Below, piece by piece: positions 48,541-59,527 of a stretch of DNA of 64,000 nucleotides. The translations under genes and the position numbers were made by a program. Source of the stretch: Desulfobacterales bacterium (lineage in GTDB: Bacteria > Desulfobacterota > Desulfobacteria > Desulfobacterales > UBA2174). Position 1 is the first letter of the stretch; the number at the start of each line of letters is the position of its first letter. The DNA lies in contig CAXXWC010000019.1 of NCBI GenBank assembly GCA_963668645.2, positions 1-64,000 of the forward strand, read 5' to 3'. Below the pieces are notes generated by a model. The model made no database searches. It had not been told where the DNA came from and saw nothing but the letters and a program-made list of their open reading frames with translations.

Positions 48541-49806
48541 ATGATCCAATTGATTCGCGGTTTCAAAGACATCCTGCCTGGCGAAGTCGAATTGTGGCAG
48601 CACATCGAGGCCGTGGCCCGCGCTCTTTTCGCCGATTTCGGCTACCGTGAAATCCGGGTGCCGCTGGTGGAAAAAACGGTCCTTTTCTCCCGCGGCATCG
48701 GTGAAGAAACCGATATCGTCGAAAAGGAAATGTACACCTTCCCCGACCGGCAGGGAGAGACCATCACCCTGCGGCCCGAAGCCACCGCCTCGGTGGTGCG
48801 CGCCTACATCCAGCACAAGTACTACGCCGCCGATCCGATGCAGAAATTTTTCACCATCGGACCGATGTTTCGCCGTGAACGGCCCCAGAAGGGACGCTAC
48901 CGCCAGTTTTACCAGATCAACGTGGAGGCCCTGGGCATCGCTGAGCCGTTCATCGACGTGCAGCTGATCCATCTACTGGTCACCTTGCTGGGCAGGCTGG
49001 ATGTCACCGATGCCACACCCCACATCAACTCGCTGGGCTGCCCGCAGTGCCGCCCTTTTTTCCGCGACGCCCTGCTGGCCTACATCGAGGCGCGCCAGGA
49101 TCTTTTGTGCAGCGACTGCCGGCGCCGCAGCCGGCGCAATCCCATGCGGGTGCTCGACTGCAAGGTGCCCGGCTGCCGGGAAGCCATGGCCGGGGCCCCG
49201 GCCATCACCGATCACCTGTGCGACGACTGCCGCGCCCATTTCGACACGGTCCGCGACCGGCTGGCCGCCATGGGAATCGACTACGAGGTGGACAAGCGCC
49301 TGGTGCGCGGACTGGACTACTACACCCGCACCACTTTCGAGATCCACACCGCGGCCCTGGGGGCCCAGAGCGCCGTGGCCGGCGGCGGGCGTTACGACGG
49401 TCTGGTGGAAATGCTCGGCGGACCGCCTACTGCGGGAATCGGCTTCGCCGTGGGCTTCGACCGCCTGGCCGAGATCGTGGCCCTCCAGCAAAAAGATTAC
49501 AGCCGCCCCCCGCGCCTGTTCATCGCCGCCCTGGGCCCGGCGGCCCAGACGGCCGCCTTCGGATGGCAGACGGCCCTGGGCCTGGCCGGAATCCCGGTGG
49601 AAATGGACTACGCCGACCGCAGCCTCAAGGCCCAGATGCGCCGGGCCGACCGGCTCAACGCGGCCAATGTGCTCATCGTGGGCGATAACGAACTGGCCGC
49701 CGGCGAGGCCATGCTGCGCCATATGGCCAGCGGCGATCAGGTGCCGGTGGGTCTGGCCGGCCTGGTGGAAACCTTGAAAACCCGCCTGGCGGCCGCAGGG
49801 GGATGA
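48541..49806 (+). CDS. hisS: histidine--tRNA ligase
   Basis: RGFKD, KEMYTF, LRPEATAS, FRRERPQKGRYRQF, LVRGLDYY, GGGRYD. Confidence 0.97.
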   Translation: MIQLIRGFKDILPGEVELWQHIEAVARALFADFGYREIRVPLVEKTVLFSRGIGEETDIVEKEMYTFPDRQGETITLRPEATASVVRAYIQHKYYAADPMQKFFTIGPMFRRERPQKGRYRQFYQINVEALGIAEPFIDVQLIHLLVTLLGRLDVTDATPHINSLGCPQCRPFFRDALLAYIEARQDLLCSDCRRRSRRNPMRVLDCKVPGCREAMAGAPAITDHLCDDCRAHFDTVRDRLAAMGIDYEVDKRLVRGLDYYTRTTFEIHTAALGAQSAVAGGGRYDGLVEMLGGPPTAGIGFAVGFDRLAEIVALQQKDYSRPPRLFIAALGPAAQTAAFGWQTALGLAGIPVEMDYADRSLKAQMRRADRLNAANVLIVGDNELAAGEAMLRHMASGDQVPVGLAGLVETLKTRLAAAGG

Positions 49807-49821
49807 TCCGCAAGAAGACCG

Positions 49822-49875
49822 AACGATCCAAACGATCCAAACGTTCTCAACGTTCTCAACGATCCAAACGACCAA
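49822..49875 (+). repeat. six tandem 9-bp units (AACGATCCA / AACGTTCTC variants)
   Basis: AACGATCCA x2, AACGTTCTC x2, AACGATCCA, AACGACCAA, ending at the aspS RBS. Confidence 0.9.
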
Positions 49876-49884
49876 GGAGCAATC

Positions 49885-51681
<1,797 letters not shown>

Positions 51682-51750
51682 CTAGGATCAAGACGGGAGC
51701 GGCTCTAACCGGGTTGATCGCGGATGCAATCCGCTCCCGCTCGTCTCCAC

Positions 51751-51793
51751 CAAACGACCAACCCCGCCGCTGTGAAGCGGCGGGGCTGGTTCG
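51751..51793 (-). terminator. hairpin/terminator between aspS and twin small gene copy A
   Basis: CCCCGCCGC-tgtgaa-GCGGCGGGG stem; related in sequence to 59101-59141. Confidence 0.6.
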
Positions 51794-51848
51794 AACCTCA
51801 GCAGTTATCAACGCCAACGCGCCAAAGGTGATGGCCGCGCCTGGTCGA

Positions 51849-52103
51849 TCAATGCGTCGTCACCCCTTCCTCCTTGTTGGCTTCCTTTTCCTCCTGGGCC
51901 TTGCGGGCTTCCTGGATTTTTTCCTGAAGCTGTTTGGCCGCGGCCTGTAAGCCGCCGGCCACCTGGCCGTACGAAATGGCCGGAATCACCAGCTCTCCGG
52001 ACTGTTGATCCGTTCCGTCGGCCGCGGTGGCCATGCACTGAATGCGAATGACACCATTTCTCAAGGATACTGCGCCCAATTTTTCGATCAGAATAAAACT
52101 CAT
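51849..52103 (-). CDS. small hypothetical protein, copy A (84 aa)
   Basis: AGGAGG RBS; MSFILIEKLGAVSLRNGVIR...; 64 of the first 77 residues are identical to the copy at 59175-59417. Confidence 0.85.
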   Translation of the reverse strand: MSFILIEKLGAVSLRNGVIRIQCMATAADGTDQQSGELVIPAISYGQVAGGLQAAAKQLQEKIQEARKAQEEKEANKEEGVTTH

Positions 52104-52170
52104 TCCTGCTTTCCTCCTTGCTGTTGTGTTTTCGGTTGATGATGAACCCGTTATTGTTGACCTGGGTCGC

Positions 52171-52198
52171 ATGGTACCACATATGGTACCGTTGTCAA
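52171..52198 (-). promoter_or_regulatory. sigma70 promoter with embedded palindrome (copy A)
   Basis: Minus strand TTGACA-16 bp-TACCAT with extended TGn; palindrome GGTACCA-cata-TGGTACC at 52173-52190. Confidence 0.75.
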
Positions 52199-52415
52199 GA
52201 CAATAATCGTTGGCGGCTTCGCTGTAAAAAAGAGCAATGGAAATCGTCATCTCATTTCAGGCTCCGAATGCTTTTTTCAATCTTGACAATTTATTCATAT
52301 CAAAGTAAAAATTGTTAATTATCTTCCCAGATCCGACAATTTGACAATCCGAATTGTTAACACCGGAAAGGCGCGGATGACGCTTATTTCGGATTCAAAC
52401 AAGGAGGATCCGCCC

Positions 52416-53102
52416 ATGGCAAGAAACACGCCCCGTTTCGTTGTCCTGTCGTGTATTGTATGGGGAATCATCGTTTTTGCCCTCGCCGGCTCAGCCGATG
52501 CGGTGCGCTTTCTCAGCAGCGGGTACCATACCCGCGAGACGATCATGACCGAATCGCTCCTGGCGCCCCGGCAGCCCCCCGAGCCGTACGTGGACTATGA
52601 CAACCAGCATTTCGATTTCACCGCCATGGTGCCTCAAACCTGGACGCTTTACGAACATTACGACGAGGACCGGGTCTTCGGCCATGTGGTACGCTACATC
52701 TTCGTCGGTCCGCCGGAAAGCGTGTCGGGCGTCGGCTTTACCGCCATCGAGTTCCGATTCGTTCCCACCGTTGCCATGGGCGGGAGCATTGCCACCCTCG
52801 ACGCTTATGTCAGCGAGACCCTCGTCCAGAAGAACCGGATCGACGGCAGCGTCGTCGACCAGCCTGCCGATGCACCGTTCCTGGGCCTGACCGGCAAGGA
52901 AACGACCATCGCGTATCCAACCCAGCGGCCCGTGGTAGGCACTGTCGACAACCCGCCGGTGGATGTCACCACTATAAAAAAATGGATCTGTATCGAACGC
53001 AACGGCTATTTTGTCGAAGTGAGCATCCACAGCAGCAGCAACGATATCGATCTTTACCAGCCGGTATACGATCAGGCCAAAAACTCCATGTCGTTCCGAT
53101 AG
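52416..53102 (+). CDS. exported protein, possible PsbP/DcrB-like fold
   Basis: AAGGAGG RBS, signal peptide (..ALAGSADA), YDNQHFDFTAMVPQTW and C-terminal YDQAKNSMSF pattern. Confidence 0.6.
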   Translation: MARNTPRFVVLSCIVWGIIVFALAGSADAVRFLSSGYHTRETIMTESLLAPRQPPEPYVDYDNQHFDFTAMVPQTWTLYEHYDEDRVFGHVVRYIFVGPPESVSGVGFTAIEFRFVPTVAMGGSIATLDAYVSETLVQKNRIDGSVVDQPADAPFLGLTGKETTIAYPTQRPVVGTVDNPPVDVTTIKKWICIERNGYFVEVSIHSSSNDIDLYQPVYDQAKNSMSFR

Positions 53103-53132
53103 CGGCACTAGGCTCCGGAAAGGAGGGCTGCA

Positions 53133-54269
53133 ATGAAATCTGCAACCACGCTCAGGATGAAAGCCGTGGTTTTCACTTTGGCGTTTGGATTAATCGGGGG
53201 GTTCGGCCCGTTGATCGACTTTGCCCAAGCGACTATCATCGATGATGCCCTTGCACTACCCGGCATGGAGGCCGTCAAAAACTCGGGAGTCGACATCGAA
53301 CTTGAAGACATCGACGATGTAGAGGGCGCCAACGGGAGAACCTACAGGGTGATCGGCCAGACGGACGGTGATGAGATCACCCTCAATTCAAAGGTCTTCA
53401 ACGGCAGTTCCGATCCGGGGGCCGCAGCCCAGACCATCCTCCACGAATACATCCACATCCGTGAAAAGCACGAAGGAAACTGCAAGGAAAACGAACTGCT
53501 CCCCCGCCGGACCGAGGCGGCCTTTTGGCGAGAGTATAAAAAGACCCATCCCACCGCTTCCAGCCCGGCCTGCGACGCCAATGAGCGTCTGGTCTATGCC
53601 AACGGTGCCTACCGCTCGCAGGCCGACACCCTGAAGGACATTCACGACAATTACGGCTATCCGGACGAATCGGACGGCAAGGAAAAATCCGATGCCATCT
53701 ACAGCGTGGAAAGCGGGGGTCTGGAAAAGTATCTGTATCTGAATTCAGGTGTCAGCGAAATCATCTTCGGCGCAGAGGGCGGGGCGACCGAACCGCTGGT
53801 CGTCGAAGCGCTCGAGGGCAGCGCGATGATCGTACTGGATAGTGAAGATGAAACCATCGCAAGATTCAGGATATCCCACTTTTCCACCCTTGCCCCGCCG
53901 GTGGATCTGCCGCCTTCGCCGCTTTTTCCCGAGGGCGCGACGACCGGTGACAACATCCTCACCCAGGATCCGGATCAAACGTCCTACGGATTCGTCAATC
54001 TGGAGACCGGAGAATTCACCGCCTACCTCAAGGGGATCATCACCAACGATCTTTTCGGCCCCCTGCTTCCCATTCGCACCACCTCCCACATCCGCGGCAA
54101 ATGGGACAAGGAGGCCACGGTGACGCTCAGCACTCTGTCTTTCGACATCTTTCCACCGGCCCCCCGGCCCCTGGTCTGCGCGCCGTGCGTCTGGGACAGC
54201 GACGCGGACGGAGAGGTCGACCTGCCGGACGTCATCTACCAGCTTCAGATCATCTCCGGGATACGGTAG
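53133..54269 (+). CDS. exported HExxH zinc metalloprotease-like protein with C-terminal dockerin/EF-hand-like tail
   Basis: Signal peptide (..DFAQA); ILHEYIH at 53436-53456 with a downstream Glu; C-terminus DSDADGEVDLPDVIYQLQIISG. Confidence 0.65.
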   Translation: MKSATTLRMKAVVFTLAFGLIGGFGPLIDFAQATIIDDALALPGMEAVKNSGVDIELEDIDDVEGANGRTYRVIGQTDGDEITLNSKVFNGSSDPGAAAQTILHEYIHIREKHEGNCKENELLPRRTEAAFWREYKKTHPTASSPACDANERLVYANGAYRSQADTLKDIHDNYGYPDESDGKEKSDAIYSVESGGLEKYLYLNSGVSEIIFGAEGGATEPLVVEALEGSAMIVLDSEDETIARFRISHFSTLAPPVDLPPSPLFPEGATTGDNILTQDPDQTSYGFVNLETGEFTAYLKGIITNDLFGPLLPIRTTSHIRGKWDKEATVTLSTLSFDIFPPAPRPLVCAPCVWDSDADGEVDLPDVIYQLQIISGIR

Positions 54270-54493
54270 CCGGGGCGGCTGCTAGGATCGTCACGAATCC
54301 AATCCCCCCACGAACAGATGTCAGACGGATCGGTTCAGCTTGACCCCAACAAGCCGATACGATAACAGACATTGGACCTGTCCGGGCACGCAGCCATTAC
54401 AGTCGGACAATTATATCTTTTCCCCGGCCGTCGATCATTTTCGACCAGGGTCGAAAATCATGGTGTCATCAGCAAGCAAGCAGGATCTGAAGA

Positions 54494-57091
54494 ATGCCCT
54501 TTCCAAAACGACATCCAGGCAACAAGCTTTTTCAGACTGCCGACCTTCGCTTGAAAAATCTGCTGGGCCAGGCCCAAAAGCGTCTCCAGGAAGAAAGTGT
54601 CGAGAAGGTTCTGGCGTGGTTGCGGCCCCAGATCGGCGATTTCGCACAAAGCCAGGACGCGGCACGGCTGCTCTATATCCTGGCTGCCGGGGTGCGCAAC
54701 CGTCACCCGCAGCAGGCCATCGCAATTCTCGAACATTTGCTGTCCCGGCGTCCGGCGGATACCCATGCCCGGGCTGCAATCGCACCACTTTACGATCGTG
54801 TGGGGGCCCAGCTCAAAGCAAAGAACACAGCGCTCAAAGTCATTGAAACCGCCGATGCGGCCCCCCTTGATCGGCTGCGCGCCGCGAATCTGCTGGTGCG
54901 TTTCGATGCCGGTCCCCGCGCACCGCAAGCCGCTCTCGAGGCTTTCGAAGCCATGGGGCGTCCACTGCGATTCGCCGCCGAACTGCTCTACATCGCCTTG
55001 CGCGTGGCCGATTGGAAGGCCTCGCGCATGTTGATCGACCAGATCCACCAGGCTTACGCGCAGGGGCGTAGCGACGAAGTTCGGGAAAGCCCGCGCACCC
55101 ACCTGCTCTGGTGCGACGACGAAGCCACCAATCTGGCCGTGGTCGCTTCGTGGAATCAACGTTCCCTGCCGCAAATCCGCACCAATCCTCCGCCGGTCCA
55201 GGACTTGAAAGACCGACGCATCCGCATCGGTTATCTATCCAGCGATTTCCGTGAGCACCCCACCGCCCGGCTGATCAACGGCCTGCTGCGCCATCATGAT
55301 CACGAGCAGTTTGAAATTTTCATCTACTGCAGCGGCTGGGATGACGGATCACCTATCCGCGCCCAAATCAATACCCACTGTGATCAATTGCATACGGTTA
55401 CCAACCTGCACGACGCCGATGCGGCGGCGCTGATCCGCAGCCATGGCATCGACGTCCTCGTAGAGCTCAACGGCCCCACCCGGGCCACGCGCATGGGTAT
55501 TCTGGCCCACCGGCCGGCCCCGGTGCAAATCGACTACCTGGGCTACCCGGGCAGTGTAGGCGGGCGGGTGGTGGACTATATCATCGGCGACCCTTACACC
55601 GTGCCACCCGGCGCCGAACAGGCCTACCCGGAAAAGGTGATCCGCATCCAGCAGACCTATCAGGTCAACGACTATGCCGCCCTGAGCCTTCCACCGGTGC
55701 AGGATCGACGCTCCATCGGCATGCCGGAAAAGGGCCCTGTGCTGGGCATGTTCAACGCCATCAACAAGGTGAGTGAAGATGTCTGGACCGTCTGGATGCG
55801 CATTCTCAAAGAAGTCCCTGAGGCAACTTTCTGCCTGCTGGATCCAGGGACGGCGGCACGCAAACACCTCAGCGACGCCGTTCGTGCCCACGGCCTGAAC
55901 CCGCAGCGCAGGGTGGCGGCTGTGAGGCCACTGCCGCAGATGAAACACCTGGCTCGTTTGCAGTTCTGCGACGTCATGCTGGATCCCTGGCCCTACGGCG
56001 GCCACACCTCCACAAGCGATGCGCTGTTTGCCGGTGTTCCCGTGGTGGCCTTGGAGGGCCGCAATTTCGCCTCCCGGGTCAGTGGCGGATTGCTGCGGGC
56101 CGCCGGCCTTAGGGTACTGGTGCAGCCCGATATCGAGGGGTATGTGCGCATGGTGATCCGCCTGCTGCGCAACCCGGGGGATCTGGCACAACTGAAACGC
56201 TTCATCCGCGACCAGGTGCCGCGCAGCAACATCTTCGATGCCGCGGGGAAGGCCAGGCAACTGGAATGGGCCTATCGCACAGCGCTCGACCTAGCGCGTC
56301 AAGGCCTCCCGCCGCGGCATATCACCGTAACCGGCCAGGAGTTTGCCGTCGATCGCAAGCCGTCAATCTCCACCGGCCCGACGGTGACGATCCCCGCTCC
56401 CGTGCCACCAACCCCCAAAGCTTCACCTGCCGACCACAGCCGCCCCATTCCATTGGTGTTGGTCCTGGGCCCCTGGAGCAGCGGCACCTCGGCTACCGCA
56501 GGCATGCTGGCACTGGCCGGCCTGCACGCCCCTGGCCCCTATGTGCAGGTCAACGACCCGCGCACACCGCAAACTTATGAAATGATCGCTTTCAGAGACG
56601 TACTGCGAACACTGGCGAGCGAGGCGACCCTGAAATGCCGGTCCTCGCCGGAAACGATTCGCCGTTCATTGACGGATTTTCGCAACGGCCCGCTACGCGA
56701 GGCGCGCCGGGCTGCCGGGTCGCCCCCCGATGCACCGGTACTGCTCAAACATGCGCTCTGTGCTGTGATGCTGCCGGCCTTGGGGGAGATCTTCGACCTG
56801 CGCCTGATCGGGGTGCTGCGGCCCTTGGCCAAAATCGAAGCCACCCGGCAGCGCCGCCAGTGGCCGGCGGTCTTCGGTGCCGAAGGTGCCAAGCTTCTGT
56901 ATCGGTCGATGTTCGCTTATCTCGTTGATCATGACACTCCGTTTCACTTGCTTCGTTTTACCGATTTGCGGCGCCGGCCGGAGGCCTGCCTGGACGACCT
57001 GGTGAAGTTCTGCGGCCTCGATCCCACTCCGGAACAGCGGAAAGCGGCCCTGGGATTCATCAACCGGCGCGGCACCAAGGCTGCCGCATGA
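54494..57091 (+). CDS. GT41 (OGT/SPINDLY-like) protein glycosyltransferase fused to C-terminal sulfotransferase-like domain
   Basis: RIGYLSSDFREHP, IDVLVELNG, RPAPVQIDYLGYPGS, FNAINK, LDPWPYGGHTSTSDALFAGVPVV, SRV; Pro-rich linker; then VLGPWSSGTS...LLKH. Confidence 0.85.
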   Translation: MPFPKRHPGNKLFQTADLRLKNLLGQAQKRLQEESVEKVLAWLRPQIGDFAQSQDAARLLYILAAGVRNRHPQQAIAILEHLLSRRPADTHARAAIAPLYDRVGAQLKAKNTALKVIETADAAPLDRLRAANLLVRFDAGPRAPQAALEAFEAMGRPLRFAAELLYIALRVADWKASRMLIDQIHQAYAQGRSDEVRESPRTHLLWCDDEATNLAVVASWNQRSLPQIRTNPPPVQDLKDRRIRIGYLSSDFREHPTARLINGLLRHHDHEQFEIFIYCSGWDDGSPIRAQINTHCDQLHTVTNLHDADAAALIRSHGIDVLVELNGPTRATRMGILAHRPAPVQIDYLGYPGSVGGRVVDYIIGDPYTVPPGAEQAYPEKVIRIQQTYQVNDYAALSLPPVQDRRSIGMPEKGPVLGMFNAINKVSEDVWTVWMRILKEVPEATFCLLDPGTAARKHLSDAVRAHGLNPQRRVAAVRPLPQMKHLARLQFCDVMLDPWPYGGHTSTSDALFAGVPVVALEGRNFASRVSGGLLRAAGLRVLVQPDIEGYVRMVIRLLRNPGDLAQLKRFIRDQVPRSNIFDAAGKARQLEWAYRTALDLARQGLPPRHITVTGQEFAVDRKPSISTGPTVTIPAPVPPTPKASPADHSRPIPLVLVLGPWSSGTSATAGMLALAGLHAPGPYVQVNDPRTPQTYEMIAFRDVLRTLASEATLKCRSSPETIRRSLTDFRNGPLREARRAAGSPPDAPVLLKHALCAVMLPALGEIFDLRLIGVLRPLAKIEATRQRRQWPAVFGAEGAKLLYRSMFAYLVDHDTPFHLLRFTDLRRRPEACLDDLVKFCGLDPTPEQRKAALGFINRRGTKAAA

Positions 57092-57238
57092 GCACTGCCT
57101 TGGCAGCAATACATACACCGGGAAGACCATAGGGAAACATACCGTATCGATCAGACAAGAGAGACACCGCATGTCCACCGGCTGATCGTGTAATGACGAA
57201 AGCATCGATATGCACACCTTCCCTCCTGTTAACAAACG

Positions 57239-58993
57239 ATGACCATCTGTGATGGACAGGCGCATTCCGGACCGGCGGATACGTCAATTTTCAGATTCGG
57301 CGATGGGCTGGTCTTTGACAGCAATATTGCAGAAGACCAGCGCTTCGGGAAACTCGTACTTGTTTGCGGTCCATGGGGCAGCGGCACTTCGACTCTATGC
57401 GGTATGCTCGTCCGGGCCGGCCTGCCTGCACCTGGCCCCTATACCAAGATCAACGATCCACGCACGCCGGATACGTACGGAATGCTGGCCTTTCAGCAGT
57501 TGTTGAAAACCTTGGCCTCGGAGCCACTCTTCAAGCGCTTGCAGCCTTCAGACGTCATAGTGGAAAAGCTCGTTGAGTTTCGGGAAACGGCGTTGCGTGA
57601 GGCCCTCATGGACCTGGACACCGGCCCGTTTATGCTCAAGCACCCCCTGGCGATCCTGTTTTTACCTGAGTTGAACCAAGCGTTCGACCTTCGCATGGTT
57701 TGCGTAATCCGGTCTTTTGCCGATATTGAAGCTACCAGGGTTCGGCGCAACTGGCACAAACTTTTCGGCCGCGCCGGGGCAGGCGTGCTTTATAGCCGGC
57801 TGTTTGAATATTTGATCGATTCGCACACGCCTTTTAAAATGGTTCGCCATACGGATTTACTGTGTGAGCCACAAAAGGTCCTGGACGAATTGATAGAATT
57901 CTGTAACCTCACAACGGGTGACTCAGCCAGAAAGGCTGCGCTCGATTATATTGCCGGGGTTACCGCCAGACAAGGCCTGGCCCAGATTCCGCCAACTTCC
58001 TGGGCGGCCTCAAAAAACAAAAACGGCAAGCCGTTACAGATAACCATTCTTAAAAACTCACCTTTTGCAGGGGAGAACGTGACCACGCTGTTTGCCGTTC
58101 TCAAGAACGAACGTTATTTCCTGCCACATTTCCTGCAATATTACCGGGCACTGGGTATTTCGAATTTTCTTTTTCTGGACGACCAATCCACCGATGGATC
58201 GAGGGAGTATCTTCTGGCGCAGAAAGACTGCGGTATTCTTGAGGCCAACTATTCGTTCGGCGACATGATCGGCGGGAAGCGATTCGGCATAGCCGTCAAA
58301 CAGATCGTGCCGGAAACGATGCTCATGGGCGGCTGGGTGCTGACGGTTGATCTGGACGAATTTTTGATACTCCCGCCGCCTTACGAGAATATTCACGGCT
58401 TGTGCATCGATCTGGACAAGCAGGGCCGCAATCATGCCCGTGCCATCATGCTCGATTTCTACCCCGAACGTTTCAACGATCTGAACGGCACCGTTTCGGG
58501 AATGGGACCATTTGAGCTTTGCCCTTATTTCGATGCATTATCCATGGAATGGCCGGATGGATCGCGCGCTCCGACGCGAATTTCAATCCAGGACGCTATC
58601 AGGGTCAGAATGTTCAAAGAGATGATAACCAGAGGTTTTAACGAACTGACTGCGTTGCGGGGCTACAAATGTGCCAATCCCTACAAGGTCCCTTTGTTGA
58701 AATGGGACCGGTACACGCGGGTCCTGTCTTCCCACCATGTAAATGTTCCGGTAAGTGATGCCAATCAGCTCGTTCTGGCCCATTTTAAATTTTATCCGGG
58801 CTGGCAGCAGAAGGTGGAGGCGGCTGTCGCGGGAGGCGCCTATTATAACAACTCCATCGAATACAAAATGCTTAAAATTGCCGCCGATAGATTACTTCAC
58901 TGGCCTCTCAAAGGGAAAAAAAGCAAAACCTTTGAAGGTAGAGGGCAACTGAACGCGATGGGGTTGGTATACGCGGCCGGATCCGGCGGGTAG
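57239..58993 (+). CDS. sulfotransferase-like domain fused to GT2-type (Glyco_tranf_2_4-like) glycosyltransferase
   Basis: VCGPWGSGTS...MLKHP; then KNERYFLPHFLQYYRALG...DDQSTDGS, VDLDEF, AHFKF. Confidence 0.8.
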   Translation: MTICDGQAHSGPADTSIFRFGDGLVFDSNIAEDQRFGKLVLVCGPWGSGTSTLCGMLVRAGLPAPGPYTKINDPRTPDTYGMLAFQQLLKTLASEPLFKRLQPSDVIVEKLVEFRETALREALMDLDTGPFMLKHPLAILFLPELNQAFDLRMVCVIRSFADIEATRVRRNWHKLFGRAGAGVLYSRLFEYLIDSHTPFKMVRHTDLLCEPQKVLDELIEFCNLTTGDSARKAALDYIAGVTARQGLAQIPPTSWAASKNKNGKPLQITILKNSPFAGENVTTLFAVLKNERYFLPHFLQYYRALGISNFLFLDDQSTDGSREYLLAQKDCGILEANYSFGDMIGGKRFGIAVKQIVPETMLMGGWVLTVDLDEFLILPPPYENIHGLCIDLDKQGRNHARAIMLDFYPERFNDLNGTVSGMGPFELCPYFDALSMEWPDGSRAPTRISIQDAIRVRMFKEMITRGFNELTALRGYKCANPYKVPLLKWDRYTRVLSSHHVNVPVSDANQLVLAHFKFYPGWQQKVEAAVAGGAYYNNSIEYKMLKIAADRLLHWPLKGKKSKTFEGRGQLNAMGLVYAAGSGG

Positions 58994-59100
58994 GAAAATT
59001 CGTCAAGGGGCGTCCGTTCGACAGGATACGAAATGAACCCCCAGTAACAACAGGGGACCGAAGAAGCCTGGTAATCTCATCCAGACCGTTTTGTTTTAAT

Positions 59101-59141
59101 CAAACGACCCTGCCGCCTGAAAGCGGACAGGGTCGTATTTT
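59101..59141. terminator. terminator between GT2 gene and twin small gene copy B
   Basis: ACGACCCTG.CCGC-ctgaaa-GCGG.CAGGGTCGT followed by a T-run. Confidence 0.7.
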
Positions 59142-59174
59142 TCTCGGGCAGACGCTGTACAAACAGGACCTGGC

Positions 59175-59417
59175 TTATTGCGCGGTCTTGTTCCCTTCCT
59201 GTTCTTCCTGGGCCTTGCGGGCCTGCTCTATCTTTTCCTGAAGCTGCTTTCCGGCCGCTTGGAATGCACCGGCCACCATACCGTAGCTGACTGCCGGAAT
59301 CACCAACTCGCCGGACAGTTGTTCCGTACCGTCGGCCGCGGTGGACATGCACTGCATCCGGATAACACCATTTCTCAACGATACCGCCCCGAGTTTTTCG
59401 ATCAGAATGAAACTCAT
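59175..59417 (-). CDS. small hypothetical protein, copy B (80 aa)
   Basis: AGGAGG RBS; paralog of 51849-52103. Confidence 0.85.
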   Translation of the reverse strand: MSFILIEKLGAVSLRNGVIRMQCMSTAADGTEQLSGELVIPAVSYGMVAGAFQAAGKQLQEKIEQARKAQEEQEGNKTAQ

Positions 59418-59499
59418 ACCTGCCTTCCTCCTTTTATCTGTACTTCGATTAGGTGGCTGGCCCGCCGATTGACGGGCCGTTCTGAACAGCTTGAAATAC

Positions 59500-59527
59500 A
59501 TGGTACCATATATGGTTCCACTGTCAA
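59500..59527 (-). promoter_or_regulatory. sigma70 promoter with embedded palindrome (copy B)
   Basis: Minus strand TTGACA-16 bp-TACCAT; GGTACCA-tata-TGGTTCC at 59502-59519. Confidence 0.75.

Noticed and set aside
49822..49875. CRISPR array
   Set aside because: Units are 9 bp and contiguous with no spacers; there are no cas genes.
51750..51761. 12-bp direct repeat CCAAACGACCAA flanking aspS (also 49864-49875) as a target-site duplication
   Set aside because: aspS is a core gene in its normal hisS-aspS context; one copy belongs to the minisatellite and the other to the twin-gene terminator, so chance is likely.
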